Shown: positions 39,930 through 49,226 of the stretch, piece after piece
Position numbering within the stretch: the stretch's first letter is position 1
Layout of the letters: every line of letters begins with the position of its first letter
From: an uncultured Chloroflexia bacterium
Lineage (GTDB): Bacteria; Chloroflexota; Limnocylindria; Limnocylindrales; CSP1-4
Direction of reading: 5' to 3'
Length of the DNA stretch: 64,000 nucleotides
Assembly (NCBI GenBank): GCA_963813535.1
Contig: CAWEZH010000002.1
Span: 1,056,001-1,120,000 of the forward strand
Position numbers and translations under genes: made by a program
The notes under the pieces: generated by a model
Told to the model about the DNA's origin: nothing
Databases searched by the model: none
The model's input: only the letters and a program-made list of their open reading frames with translations

Positions 39930-40370
39930 ATGTCCCGGACCATCCCCCTGGCCGTCGCGGCCACACTCCTGCTCATCGTGTCGGCCTGCTCTGGCGGCAC
40001 CGCTTCGACCGCAGCCCCTGTCAGTGAGGCACCAGCCAGTGTCGCGCCTGCCGGCGGATCCCCGGCCGCGTCCGAGAGTGCCGCAGGCGGGGCTGCCTGC
40101 GCGCCGTCGACCGAGGCCGGGACCGTGACCGGCACGATGGCGAACTTCGCCTTCAGCCCGGCGACCATCGCGGCCAAGGTCGGTGATGTCGTGACCTGGA
40201 CGAACAACGACACCACTGCGCACACCGCGACGGTGAAGTCGGACGAGACGTGCACCACCGAGAACCTCGCCAGTGGGGCGACGGGGAGCATCGTGTTCAA
40301 CGTGGCCGGCTCATACGACTTCTTCTGCAAGATCCACCCGAACATGACCGGCAAGGTCGAGGTCAGCTGA
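39930..40370 (+). CDS. Plastocyanin/azurin-type blue-copper lipoprotein
   Basis: VSAC lipobox; WTNNDTTAH; YDFFCKIHPNM (His, Cys, His, Met ligands). Confidence 0.9.
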   Translation: MSRTIPLAVAATLLLIVSACSGGTASTAAPVSEAPASVAPAGGSPAASESAAGGAACAPSTEAGTVTGTMANFAFSPATIAAKVGDVVTWTNNDTTAHTATVKSDETCTTENLASGATGSIVFNVAGSYDFFCKIHPNMTGKVEVS

Positions 40371-40379
40371 CCGCGAACG

Positions 40380-41393
40380 TCAGGCGGGCCGCTCGGCAAG
40401 GAACACCGACGCGCCCGACGGCAGACCGATGACCGCGGGGGCCGGCAGACCGGCCTCCGCGAACCACGCCAGGAACCGCTCGCGTGTCGCGAGCGCGGTG
40501 CCCTGATACAGCTCGTCCAGCTGGACGCCGGCGATGAGCTCACCGTGGCGCGTGCGGAACTCGTCCGCATTCGACGGCAACGGCCAGTCGAGCACGACGA
40601 TCCGACCGCCCGGTCGTAGCGCGCCCCATGCGGCCGCAAGGACCGTGGGCGCGTCATGGAGCTGGTGCAGGGCGTACTGGAAGTAGGCGAGGTCGTACTC
40701 GCCGACGTGACCCGGATGGGTCGCCTTGCCGTGACGGATCTCGATGCGGTCGGCGAGCCCCTCGGCCTCGATGGTTGCCCGCGCTCGGGCGACGGAGTCG
40801 GCCTCGAATTCGACGCCGACGAGCTCGATCTCCGGGAAGCGGCGGGCCATCGCGACGAGCCAGCGGCCGCCACCGCAGTGGATGTCGACCACGCGACCGC
40901 CGCGCGACAGGTCGCCGACGAGCTGGGGCATCGCGGCGAGGACCTCCTGGAAGAACACCGCGATGTCCTGGCGGGTCAGCCGCTCGATCGCCGCACGATA
41001 GCGGTCGGGTCGATCCGTGATCGGCTGGCCCGACCGGAAGAAGTCCTCCATGCCGCCCCAGTCCATCGAGGCGACGACGGCGTGCACGAACTGGCCTCCA
41101 AGGAACTCGCCGCGCTGATCGTCGAGGAGGATCGCGGCGACGTCCTCATCGATCGTCAACCGATCGTCGTCGAAGGTCGTGAGGTCGTGCGCATCGGACG
41201 CCCATGACCACGCGGCGATGGCCGCCGGGTGCGTGCTCGTGGCCCCCGCCAGGTCGGTCGGACTGATCCCGCCCGCGCCCGCTTCGCGGATCCGTGCGAA
41301 GAGCCCGAGCTCGATGCCCAGGTAGATCAGCCACGCACGGTAGAAGCCGCCGAGGCTCGCGATCAGGTCGTCGAAGCGGTCCTCGTGGCCCAT
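40380..41393 (-). CDS. Class I SAM-dependent methyltransferase with N-terminal wHTH (Rv2258c-like)
   Basis: YLGIELGLF N-terminus; VVDIHCGGG; ALHQL..ALRPGGRIVVLD. Confidence 0.8.
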   Translation of the reverse strand: MGHEDRFDDLIASLGGFYRAWLIYLGIELGLFARIREAGAGGISPTDLAGATSTHPAAIAAWSWASDAHDLTTFDDDRLTIDEDVAAILLDDQRGEFLGGQFVHAVVASMDWGGMEDFFRSGQPITDRPDRYRAAIERLTRQDIAVFFQEVLAAMPQLVGDLSRGGRVVDIHCGGGRWLVAMARRFPEIELVGVEFEADSVARARATIEAEGLADRIEIRHGKATHPGHVGEYDLAYFQYALHQLHDAPTVLAAAWGALRPGGRIVVLDWPLPSNADEFRTRHGELIAGVQLDELYQGTALATRERFLAWFAEAGLPAPAVIGLPSGASVFLAERPA

Positions 41394-41454
41394 GGCCGCG
41401 ATTGTCGCATGGGCCCGGACCGGTCCGGCTGGCTGCGGCGGTACCGTGGCGGTG

Positions 41455-41484
41455 TGCAACGGATGCGGCAGACGTGCGGTTCTA
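41455..41484 (+). promoter_or_regulatory. Candidate ECF-type autoregulatory promoter
   Basis: TGCAAC-N16-CGGTTCTA ending 7 nt before the ECF ATG. Confidence 0.5.
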
Positions 41485-41491
41485 CCCGGTG

Positions 41492-42094
41492 ATGGATGCC
41501 GACGATCGACTGACCAGCGACCTGGCCGACGACCTCGACCGCGCGTTCGACGCGATGGTCGTGGCCCACCAGGATCGCCTGTACACCATCGCCTTGCGCA
41601 TGCTCGGCGACGCTGGAGATGCCGAAGAAGCCGCCCAGGACGCGCTCGTCCGGGCGTACCGAGCGCTGGCCTCCTACGACCGAGCGCGGATCCTCGAGCT
41701 TCGGCTGCGAGGGTGGCTCACGACGATCGTCCTGAACCGCTGTCGGTCGGTAGCGGCGCGACGCGCGACCCGGGGGCCGAGGCCGGTCTCGATCGACGGC
41801 GATCCGGATCGCCCGGCCATCGAACCCGAGGCGCCCGACAGGGGGTCTCCAACCGAGGTGGCCGAGCGCCATCTCGAGCGTGATCGGTGGGCAGCCCGCC
41901 TCGTCGCGCTGCCTGCCCAGTACCGAACGGCCATCGTGCTCCGCCATGTCGACGGGATGTCGTATCCGGAAGCCGCCGCCGTCCTCGGTCGACCGGAAGG
42001 GACCGTGAAGGCCCAGGTCCACCGTGGGATCGCCCTGTTACGAACCATGCTCGAGGCGGAGGCCCGCCGCGAGCCCGAGGAGATGAGCGCATGA
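41492..42094 (+). CDS. ECF RNA polymerase sigma factor
   Basis: DAEEAAQDALVRAY, WLTTIVLNRC, LRHVDGMSYPEAAAVLGRPEGTVKAQVHRG. Confidence 0.93.
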   Translation: MDADDRLTSDLADDLDRAFDAMVVAHQDRLYTIALRMLGDAGDAEEAAQDALVRAYRALASYDRARILELRLRGWLTTIVLNRCRSVAARRATRGPRPVSIDGDPDRPAIEPEAPDRGSPTEVAERHLERDRWAARLVALPAQYRTAIVLRHVDGMSYPEAAAVLGRPEGTVKAQVHRGIALLRTMLEAEARREPEEMSA

Positions 42095-42888
42095 CCAGCC
42101 AGCTCGACGTCACCGATCGCGAGGCCACAGTCCTTGCCGATCTCGCCGTCCCCGCCCCGCCCACCCTCCGCGCCTCCGTGCTCGTCGAGGTCGGACTCGT
42201 GGATCAGTACGGCCGCTTCGACTCGCCGCTCGGTGAGCTCGCCGTGGCCTGGAACGGGCGTGGCGTGGTGTCGGTCGACCTGGCCGGCGACGACGGCAGC
42301 TTCGAGGCGAGCCACCTGGCCACGACCGGCCGCCGGGCGATCCCGGCGGAGGTCCCGCCCCGACTCGCGAGTGCCATCACCCGCCGACTCGACGGTGACC
42401 GCCGGGTCCGAATCCCGCTCGACCTGCGCGGCCACAGTCCGTTCGAGCAGGACGTGTGGCGCAAGGCACTCGAGATCCCCCGCGGTGAGGTCAGGCCGTA
42501 CGGCTGGATCGCCGCGGAGATCGGGCGACCGAAGGCGGTGCGGGCGGTCGGCACGGCGCTCGGCCACAACCCGGTGCCGTTGATCGTGCCCTGCCATCGG
42601 GTCGTCCGGAGCGACGGGTCGATCGGTCAGTACTCCCTGGGCGGCCCCGAGAACAAGCGGACCATCCTGGCCGCCGAGGGCCTCGATCCCGACGCGATGG
42701 AGAACGCAGCAAGGCGCGGCGAGCGGCTCGTCGGCTGCGCCTCGACGCGCATCGTGTGCTGGCCGACCTGCCGGACCGGGCGCCACATGCTGGAGCGCAA
42801 TCGGCGGCCGTTCCGTTCGCTGGCGGAGGCCGGCGCAGCGGGGTACCGGCCGTGCAAGGTCTGCCGCCCGGTCGCCGCGGCCGCGTAA
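42091..42888 (+). CDS. ogt: Methylated-DNA-protein-cysteine methyltransferase with C-terminal Ada Zn-binding domain
   Basis: RAVGTALGHNPVPLIVPCHRV, then STRIVCWPTC..AGYRPCKVCRP (four Ada Cys); ATGA-coupled to the ECF gene. Confidence 0.92.
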   Translation: MTSQLDVTDREATVLADLAVPAPPTLRASVLVEVGLVDQYGRFDSPLGELAVAWNGRGVVSVDLAGDDGSFEASHLATTGRRAIPAEVPPRLASAITRRLDGDRRVRIPLDLRGHSPFEQDVWRKALEIPRGEVRPYGWIAAEIGRPKAVRAVGTALGHNPVPLIVPCHRVVRSDGSIGQYSLGGPENKRTILAAEGLDPDAMENAARRGERLVGCASTRIVCWPTCRTGRHMLERNRRPFRSLAEAGAAGYRPCKVCRPVAAAA

Positions 42889-42949
42889 AACGCTGGAGCG
42901 ACCGCGGCACGCCCGCGGAGCGTATGCTTTGGCCTTGGACCATCCGACT

Positions 42950-43960
42950 ATGCCAAAGGCCACACGATCGCCCGACCCACGGGCGATCTGGGCCGGGCTG
43001 GCGATCCTCTACACCGTCTGGGGATCGACGTACCTGGCGATCGCTGTCGCCGTCGAGACGATCCCGCCGTTCCTGATGGCCGCCATGCGCTTCGGCCTCG
43101 CCGGCGTCCTCCTCCTCGGCTGGGTCGCGCTGCGCCATCCCGAGGTTCTCGGGCGTCCGACCCGCCGTGAGCTCCTCGATACGACCATCGTCGGGGCACT
43201 GTTGCTCGGCGGGGGCATGGGCATGGTCGCCTGGGGCGAGCAGACGATCCCCTCGGGCATCGCGGCGCTGCTGATCGGGATGATGCCGGTCTGGGTCGCG
43301 GTGATCGGTCGGGTGGCGCTCGGGGAGCGACTGCCGCGTCTGGCGGTCCTCGGCATCGTGGTCGGGTTCATCGGCGTGGCGATCCTGGTGGGCCCGACGG
43401 CGTTCGGCGCAGCCGGCGCCCTCCCTGCCGCCGGGCTGCTCGCGATCCTGATCTCGCCGATCGCGTGGTCATCCGGATCGCTGTATGCGACCCACCGGGC
43501 GCACCTGCCGCGTCACCCACTCGTCGCGACCGGGCTGCAGATGGTGGCAGGTGCCGCGGTCCTCCTGATCATGGCGATGGTGTCGGGCGAGCCGGCGCGG
43601 TTCGACCCGGCCGCAGTGTCGGGGCCCTCGTTCGCGGCGTTCCTCTACCTGACGGTCATCGGCAGCATCGTCGCGTTCACGACATACGGCTGGATGATCC
43701 GCGTCGCACCGCTCCCGTTGGTCGCGACGTACGCCTACGTCAATCCGGTGGTCGCCGTCATCCTCGGGGCGATCATCCTGAACGAGCCGATCGAGCCGCG
43801 GACGCTCCTCGCCGGGGCGGTGATCGTCGCGGCTGTCGCGGTGATCGTCACGGCCCGCGGTCGGATGACCCGCCCCCCGGCCGCGAGGGGGATCACGATT
43901 CCGCCAGGACCGTCCGAGCCACTCGCCGCGCCATCGCCATCACGGTCAGCATCGGGTTGA
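42950..43960 (+). CDS. EamA/DMT transporter (YedA-like)
   Basis: YTVWGSTYLAI, PPFLMAAMRF, TYAYVNPVVAVILG. Confidence 0.92.
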   Translation: MPKATRSPDPRAIWAGLAILYTVWGSTYLAIAVAVETIPPFLMAAMRFGLAGVLLLGWVALRHPEVLGRPTRRELLDTTIVGALLLGGGMGMVAWGEQTIPSGIAALLIGMMPVWVAVIGRVALGERLPRLAVLGIVVGFIGVAILVGPTAFGAAGALPAAGLLAILISPIAWSSGSLYATHRAHLPRHPLVATGLQMVAGAAVLLIMAMVSGEPARFDPAAVSGPSFAAFLYLTVIGSIVAFTTYGWMIRVAPLPLVATYAYVNPVVAVILGAIILNEPIEPRTLLAGAVIVAAVAVIVTARGRMTRPPAARGITIPPGPSEPLAAPSPSRSASG

Positions 43961-45905
43961 CCCCGATCGCGGTCGGGAACAGCGAGCTATCCGCGACGTA
44001 CAGGCCGGCGATCAACCGGTCCTGTCTGTTGCGGGCGCGGACTCGGCCGTTCGGATCACACGGGTGGTCGCGGGGCGTCGCGCCCATCCTCACCGTGCCC
44101 ATCTGGTGCGCCGACATCACCGACCCGCGGTTTGGGGCGTAGTCCATCCTGGCGACGCGATCCTCGAACCGCCCGTACGCGGCGGCGTCGCTTTCAGGCG
44201 AGCTGCGGACCGGCATGAACCGCACCCCGGGCGTGCCGGCGACGACGATCTCACCGGCTCCGGCCGCGCGCGCCATGCGCGCCATGCGCACCGCCGCATG
44301 GCGCAGCGTCGCCACCCCGACCTTGTCGAGTCGGTAGTCGACCCGGACCCGGCCTGCACGCGTCAGCGAGACGCGGCCGGCGCCGCCGTCCCGCGTGACG
44401 GCCACGAGCGGGGCGAGATATCGGCCGTCGCGCATCGAGGCGGCGTGGGCGTCGGTCCCCTCCCACGGCAAGGCCATCGCGATCAGCCCGACATGCCCGG
44501 GCGCCGACTCGATGACATACCCGTTCCGGTCCCGCTCCGGGTCGACGAACTGGAGCGACTGGGCACCCTGCATGGGCCCGTGCCACATGTCGACGGGCAT
44601 CGTCATCCGGCCCGCGACGATCGGGACCGGGTGGACGCGCAGGTGCTGGCCGATGGCCCGGTGCCGGACGCCGGAGGCCTGGAGCAGGGCGGGTGAGCGC
44701 AGGGCGCCCGCCGCCAGCACGACCTGTCGGGCACGCACGACGAGCTGCCGCGTCCGCGGCTCGGGATCCGTCCCCGGGATGAGCGCGCGACCCTGTACCC
44801 CGACCGCACGCTCCCGCTCGATCAGCACCTTCGTCACACGGACATGGGGCACGATCCGCGCGCCAGCTTCGGCCGCGCGTGCGAGGTGCACGCGGATGCC
44901 CGACTGCTTCGAGCCGCGGCGGCAACCGAAGGGACAGCTGCCGCAGTCGTCGCATTCGACGCTGGCGTTCCGTCGGGCGGGAGCCGCTTTCCAGCCAAGA
45001 CGCTCCGCGCCGCGCAGGATGACCTGGTCCTTGGGTGGCTGGCGACGTACCGCCGACACCGACAGCTCCCCCTCGAGCGTGGCGACGTCGTCGCTCCACA
45101 GGTCGCCGTCCTCGAGGTCGCGGAGGCCATGGTCTCGCCGCCACTCGCCACGGACCGCGGCCGGCGCCTCCATCGAGGTCATCCAGTTGACCATGGTGCC
45201 GCCGCCCACGCCCGAGCCTGCGAGCATCGTGACGGAGCCGTCCCAGGTCGAGAGCAGGCCGTGGTTGAGGTACAGGCGCCCGAACGCATCGAGCTCATCG
45301 CGCGGCATCGAGGACTCGTCGACGAACGGGCCGGCCTCGAGCACGACGACCGATCGACCGGCCTCGGCCAGCGCGGCGGCGACCACGCCACCGCCCGCCC
45401 CGGAACCCACGATCACGACGTCCGCCTCGAGCGTGATCGGCTCGTCCTGCGCGCCCATCTCGAAGTCCAGCGCAAGCGGCTGGATGGGCGAACGATCCGA
45501 CGTGAGCGGCGGCAGCTCGGGGTCGTAGCCGATCACGGCATGCCGTGGGTTGCCCGATGCGTCCGCCCCAGGGTCGGCGTAGGCGAGGAACGTCATCACC
45601 TTGCGGAGCGTGCCGAAGGCGGTCCGCCGAGATTGGAATGGCGACGTCGACCACTTGAGGAGGTAGCGCTCGCGCGCGTCCTGCGACATCGATGTGAACC
45701 GGGTCGGTCGACGACCGAGGATGAGGTTGGCGACGCGCGACTCCATCAGCCCGAGGAGTCGATGGAACTGGTGGATCTGCTCGGGGTCGGCAGCCCGCTC
45801 GAGGGCCTCGATCGTCAGTCGGGTGCGGCGACGGGCATCTCCGCGGACGAACGTTTCGGCGACCTCGGCGAGGGTCGCCAGCTCACGTTCAGTCCACGTA
45901 CCCAT
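43893..45905 (-). CDS. GMC oxidoreductase (long-chain alcohol oxidase-like)
   Basis: IVGSGAGGG, GVGGGTMVNW, CDDCGSCPFGC, SAHQMGT, GVNPMLT. Confidence 0.9.
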   Translation of the reverse strand: MGTWTERELATLAEVAETFVRGDARRRTRLTIEALERAADPEQIHQFHRLLGLMESRVANLILGRRPTRFTSMSQDARERYLLKWSTSPFQSRRTAFGTLRKVMTFLAYADPGADASGNPRHAVIGYDPELPPLTSDRSPIQPLALDFEMGAQDEPITLEADVVIVGSGAGGGVVAAALAEAGRSVVVLEAGPFVDESSMPRDELDAFGRLYLNHGLLSTWDGSVTMLAGSGVGGGTMVNWMTSMEAPAAVRGEWRRDHGLRDLEDGDLWSDDVATLEGELSVSAVRRQPPKDQVILRGAERLGWKAAPARRNASVECDDCGSCPFGCRRGSKQSGIRVHLARAAEAGARIVPHVRVTKVLIERERAVGVQGRALIPGTDPEPRTRQLVVRARQVVLAAGALRSPALLQASGVRHRAIGQHLRVHPVPIVAGRMTMPVDMWHGPMQGAQSLQFVDPERDRNGYVIESAPGHVGLIAMALPWEGTDAHAASMRDGRYLAPLVAVTRDGGAGRVSLTRAGRVRVDYRLDKVGVATLRHAAVRMARMARAAGAGEIVVAGTPGVRFMPVRSSPESDAAAYGRFEDRVARMDYAPNRGSVMSAHQMGTVRMGATPRDHPCDPNGRVRARNRQDRLIAGLYVADSSLFPTAIGVNPMLTVMAMARRVARTVLAES

Positions 45906-47113
45906 CAGGCCCGGACGGCCTCCCATCCCTGAGCGGGCCAGGGCTCACAGCGGAGCGGTCGATCCTCGCGATAGCCGAGCGCGTAGTCGGCCTGGATGAG
46001 CGTATGGAGCTGACTGGTGCCCTCGTAGATGACGGCGGCCTTGGAATTGCGCAGGTAGCGCTCGACCGGGAACTCGTTCGAGTAGCCATTCGCGCCGTGG
46101 ACCTGGATGGCATCGAGCGCGCTCTGCACCGAGTGCTCCGTCGCGTGCCACTTGGCCATGGATGTCTCGCGCGTGTTGCGCTTTCCCTGGTTCTTGAGCC
46201 AGCCGGCGCGCCAGACGAGAAGACGCCCCATCTCCGTGCCGACGACCATCTTGGCGATCAACTGCTTGACCAACTGGTGCTCCCCGATGTCCTGGCCGAA
46301 CGTCTGTCGCTCGCGCGCATAGCTGACGCTTGCGTCGATGCATGCTTGCGCGAGACCGACGGCGCCGGCGGCGACCGTGTAGCGCCCCTGGTCGATGGCG
46401 CTCATGGCGACCAGGAAGCCCTCCCCGTCTTCGCCGATGCGGTTCTCCGCGGGCACGACCACGTCGTCGAGGTTGATGAGCCCGGTGTTGCCCGCCCGGA
46501 TGCCGAGCTTGCCGTGGAGCGTGCCGGTGCTCAGACCGGCCATCCCTCGCTCCACGAGGAACGCCGTCACGCCCTTGTGCTTCTGCGCGCGATCGACCGT
46601 GGCGAAGACGAGGAAGTGGTCGGCGATGTCGGCGAGGCTGATCCAGATCTTCTGGCCGTTGAGTCGATACGCGTCGCCGTCGCGCCGCGCCGTCGTCTGG
46701 AGGTTGCCGGCATCCGTCCCGACGCCCGGCTCGGTGAGACCGAACGTCGCGAGCTTCTCGCCCTTCGCCTGGGGCACGAGCCAGCGCTGACGCTGCTCCT
46801 CGGTGCCCCACTGCAGGAGCGCCAGCGAATTCAGCGCGACGTGCACGCTCTGGACGACACGGAACGCCGTATCGGCACGCTCCAGCTCCTCGCACAGGAT
46901 CGCGAAGCTGATGTAGTCCATCCCGCTGCCGCCGTAGGCTTCGGGGATCGGGGCTCCAAGGAAGCCCTGCTCCCCCATCCGTCCGAACACCTCGCGGTGG
47001 ACTTCGCCCTTCGCGTCCCATTCGCGGATGTGCGGCAGGATCTCGGCCTCTGCGAACGCTCGCGCGGCCTGCTGGACGAGCTTGTTCTCGTCGGTCAGAG
47101 AGAAGTCCACCAT
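45905..47113 (-). CDS. Acyl-CoA dehydrogenase
   Basis: FGLTEPGVGTD, NGQKIWIS, QVHGANGY, IYEGTSQLH. Confidence 0.93.
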   Translation of the reverse strand: MVDFSLTDENKLVQQAARAFAEAEILPHIREWDAKGEVHREVFGRMGEQGFLGAPIPEAYGGSGMDYISFAILCEELERADTAFRVVQSVHVALNSLALLQWGTEEQRQRWLVPQAKGEKLATFGLTEPGVGTDAGNLQTTARRDGDAYRLNGQKIWISLADIADHFLVFATVDRAQKHKGVTAFLVERGMAGLSTGTLHGKLGIRAGNTGLINLDDVVVPAENRIGEDGEGFLVAMSAIDQGRYTVAAGAVGLAQACIDASVSYARERQTFGQDIGEHQLVKQLIAKMVVGTEMGRLLVWRAGWLKNQGKRNTRETSMAKWHATEHSVQSALDAIQVHGANGYSNEFPVERYLRNSKAAVIYEGTSQLHTLIQADYALGYREDRPLRCEPWPAQGWEAVRA

Positions 47114-47254
47114 GGCGCGCATCCTACGCGGCGGGAGTCGCCCGAATGCCGCTCGGTTGCACTCGATCACCCGAGATACTCCGGCTCCTTTTGGCCGACG
47201 TCCGAAGGCATGGCGGTCCGCATCGTGACAAGAGCCGGCCGCTACACTCGGCCG

Positions 47255-48532
47255 ATGGAGTCATCCCCCGATCCCGCGCCACATCTGACGCCCGTCCTCG
47301 GCCGATATCTCCAGCGTCAATGGAGCCACGGCGAGGGTCACCGCCTGTTCGACACCGATGGGCGCGCCTATCTCGACTTCGCGAACGGCATCGCGGTGAC
47401 GGCGCTAGGCCACAATCATCCGAAGGTCAACGCCGCGATCCACGCCCAGGTCGACCGGTTGGTCGGGCCGATCAACGCCATCGGCTTCACGAAGCCGATC
47501 TCGCGCGCTGCCGATGCCCTGGCGGCGAGCCTGCCCGACCCGATCGACTCCGTCATGTTCATGAACTCGGGCTCGGAGGCGATCGACGCTGCGCTCAAGC
47601 TGGGCCGGCGCGTGACCGGACGACCGGGGATCATCGCGTTCCGCGGCGCCTTCCACGGCCGGACATTCGGGGCGATGGCGGTCACCAGCTCGGCGCTCAA
47701 CTACCGGGTCGGCTACGAGCCGATGCTGCCCTCGGTCCACCTCACGACGTTTCCGGCTGTCTACCGCGGGTTCGGCGGTGATGAGGAGGCGGCGGTCGCG
47801 GGCGCCATGGCCGACCTCCGCACCCTGACGTCGACCGCGATCCCGCCGTCGGCGGTCGGCTCGATCCTGATCGAACCCGTCCAGGGCGAGGGTGGCTTCA
47901 CCCCGGCACCGGTCCGGTTCCTCCGGGAAGTCCGTGCATTCTGCGACGAGCACGGCATCCTGCTCATCGCCGACGAAGTCCAATGCGGCTACGGACGCAC
48001 CGGGAAGATGTGGGCGTTCGAGCATGCCGGGATCGTCCCCGACGTCGTGGTCATCGCGAAGGCGATCGCCAACGGCTTGCCCCTCTCCGCCCTCGCGTCG
48101 TCGCGCCAGATCCAGGAACGTTGGGGCCGCGGTGCCCATGGCTCGACCTACGGAGGGAACCCCGTCGCGTGCGCCGCAGCGATCGCGGTCCTAGCGACGA
48201 TCGAGTCGGAAGGCCTCGTCCAGAACGCCAACGAGCGCGGCGCCGAGCTGCGGGCAGGGCTGGAGCGCATCGCCGCCGAGGACGACCGGATCGGGGATAT
48301 CCGCGGGCCGGGGATGATGATCGGCGTGGAATTCGTGAAGGACAAGGCAACGCGCGAACCGGACGGCGCCCTGCCGGACCGGCTGATCGCCGCCTGCGCC
48401 GACCGGGGACTGCTCGTCTTGACGTGCGGGTCGCAGCACGAGGTGGTGCGCTGGATCCCGCCGCTAGACGTGACGGCCGGCGAGATCAGCGAAGCGATCG
48501 AGATCTTCGGCGAGGCGCTGGCCGCGGCCTGA
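47255..48532 (+). CDS. Class III PLP aminotransferase (4-aminobutyrate aminotransferase-like)
   Basis: NSGSEA, FHGRT, EPVQGEGG, DEVQCGYGRTG, AKAIANG, STYGGNP. Confidence 0.93.
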   Translation: MESSPDPAPHLTPVLGRYLQRQWSHGEGHRLFDTDGRAYLDFANGIAVTALGHNHPKVNAAIHAQVDRLVGPINAIGFTKPISRAADALAASLPDPIDSVMFMNSGSEAIDAALKLGRRVTGRPGIIAFRGAFHGRTFGAMAVTSSALNYRVGYEPMLPSVHLTTFPAVYRGFGGDEEAAVAGAMADLRTLTSTAIPPSAVGSILIEPVQGEGGFTPAPVRFLREVRAFCDEHGILLIADEVQCGYGRTGKMWAFEHAGIVPDVVVIAKAIANGLPLSALASSRQIQERWGRGAHGSTYGGNPVACAAAIAVLATIESEGLVQNANERGAELRAGLERIAAEDDRIGDIRGPGMMIGVEFVKDKATREPDGALPDRLIAACADRGLLVLTCGSQHEVVRWIPPLDVTAGEISEAIEIFGEALAAA

Positions 48533-48550
48533 CCCCGACCCGGCGCGCGA

Positions 48551-49030
48551 CTAGCCGCCGACGACCACCTCGGTCGCCTGGATGATCGGACCGATCTGGC
48601 AGATCGAGACCATGTCCGCCTCGAAGCCACGCACCGTCAATTCGTCACCGGCACCTGCGACGACCTGCCCATCGGGCGCCACGAGCTCGAGTGGCGCCTT
48701 CCGTTGCGTCCATCCACTGGGATAGATGATCTCGTACCGACGACCGTCGGACGTCTGGAGATAGGTGCAGCCACCTTCGATCGAATCGGAGCCCAGGACG
48801 CCGACGTACGTCTGGATCGGCCCGCTGCCGGAGCCCTTCGGACTGGCGAGCTGCAGGCTCGGGCTGGCGCCGTCGGCGGGCGGCTGAGCCGACCCCGGCG
48901 ACCCGGACGCGCCCGACCCACCACTGCATCCCGCCATCACGAACCCAAGTACGAGGGCGGCAGGGAGCACGGCCCAGGCGCGACGCCGCCGGGGATGGCC
49001 GAAGGTACTTCCATCAGATCGGTACGACAT
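48551..49030 (-). CDS. Hypothetical lipoprotein
   Basis: RRRR, hydrophobic core and VMAGC lipobox; IEGGC and SICQIG Cys pair. Confidence 0.7.
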   Translation of the reverse strand: MSYRSDGSTFGHPRRRRAWAVLPAALVLGFVMAGCSGGSGASGSPGSAQPPADGASPSLQLASPKGSGSGPIQTYVGVLGSDSIEGGCTYLQTSDGRRYEIIYPSGWTQRKAPLELVAPDGQVVAGAGDELTVRGFEADMVSICQIGPIIQATEVVVGG

Positions 49031-49226
49031 CGTTTTGCACAGGGCTCCATAAGCCGCCATCATCGTCCGTACTGCAACGACCGCCCCAGCCTACCGCGGG
49101 CGGTCCACATGACGCGCCGTAGCGCCCGGAAGCGCGCGCACCAGGTCAGGGAGGTGACCAGCGCCGACGACGGATGGATCGCGCTCTCGATCTGTTCAAC
49201 GCTCGAGATCCTGGGAGGAGAACCGG

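Noticed and set aside
43893-43960. 68-bp tail-to-tail overlap of the EamA and GMC genes
   Set aside because: The EamA tail is low-complexity Pro/Ser run-on; convergent overlaps are common in high-GC genomes.
46004-47254. 842-aa ORF 46004..48532 as one fusion protein
   Set aside because: The N-terminal half is the antisense shadow of the acyl-CoA dehydrogenase; the aminotransferase starts at 47255 behind a TACACT box.
49064-49226. Riboswitch in the subtilase leader
   Set aside because: Hairpins are present, but I cannot match any known aptamer consensus.
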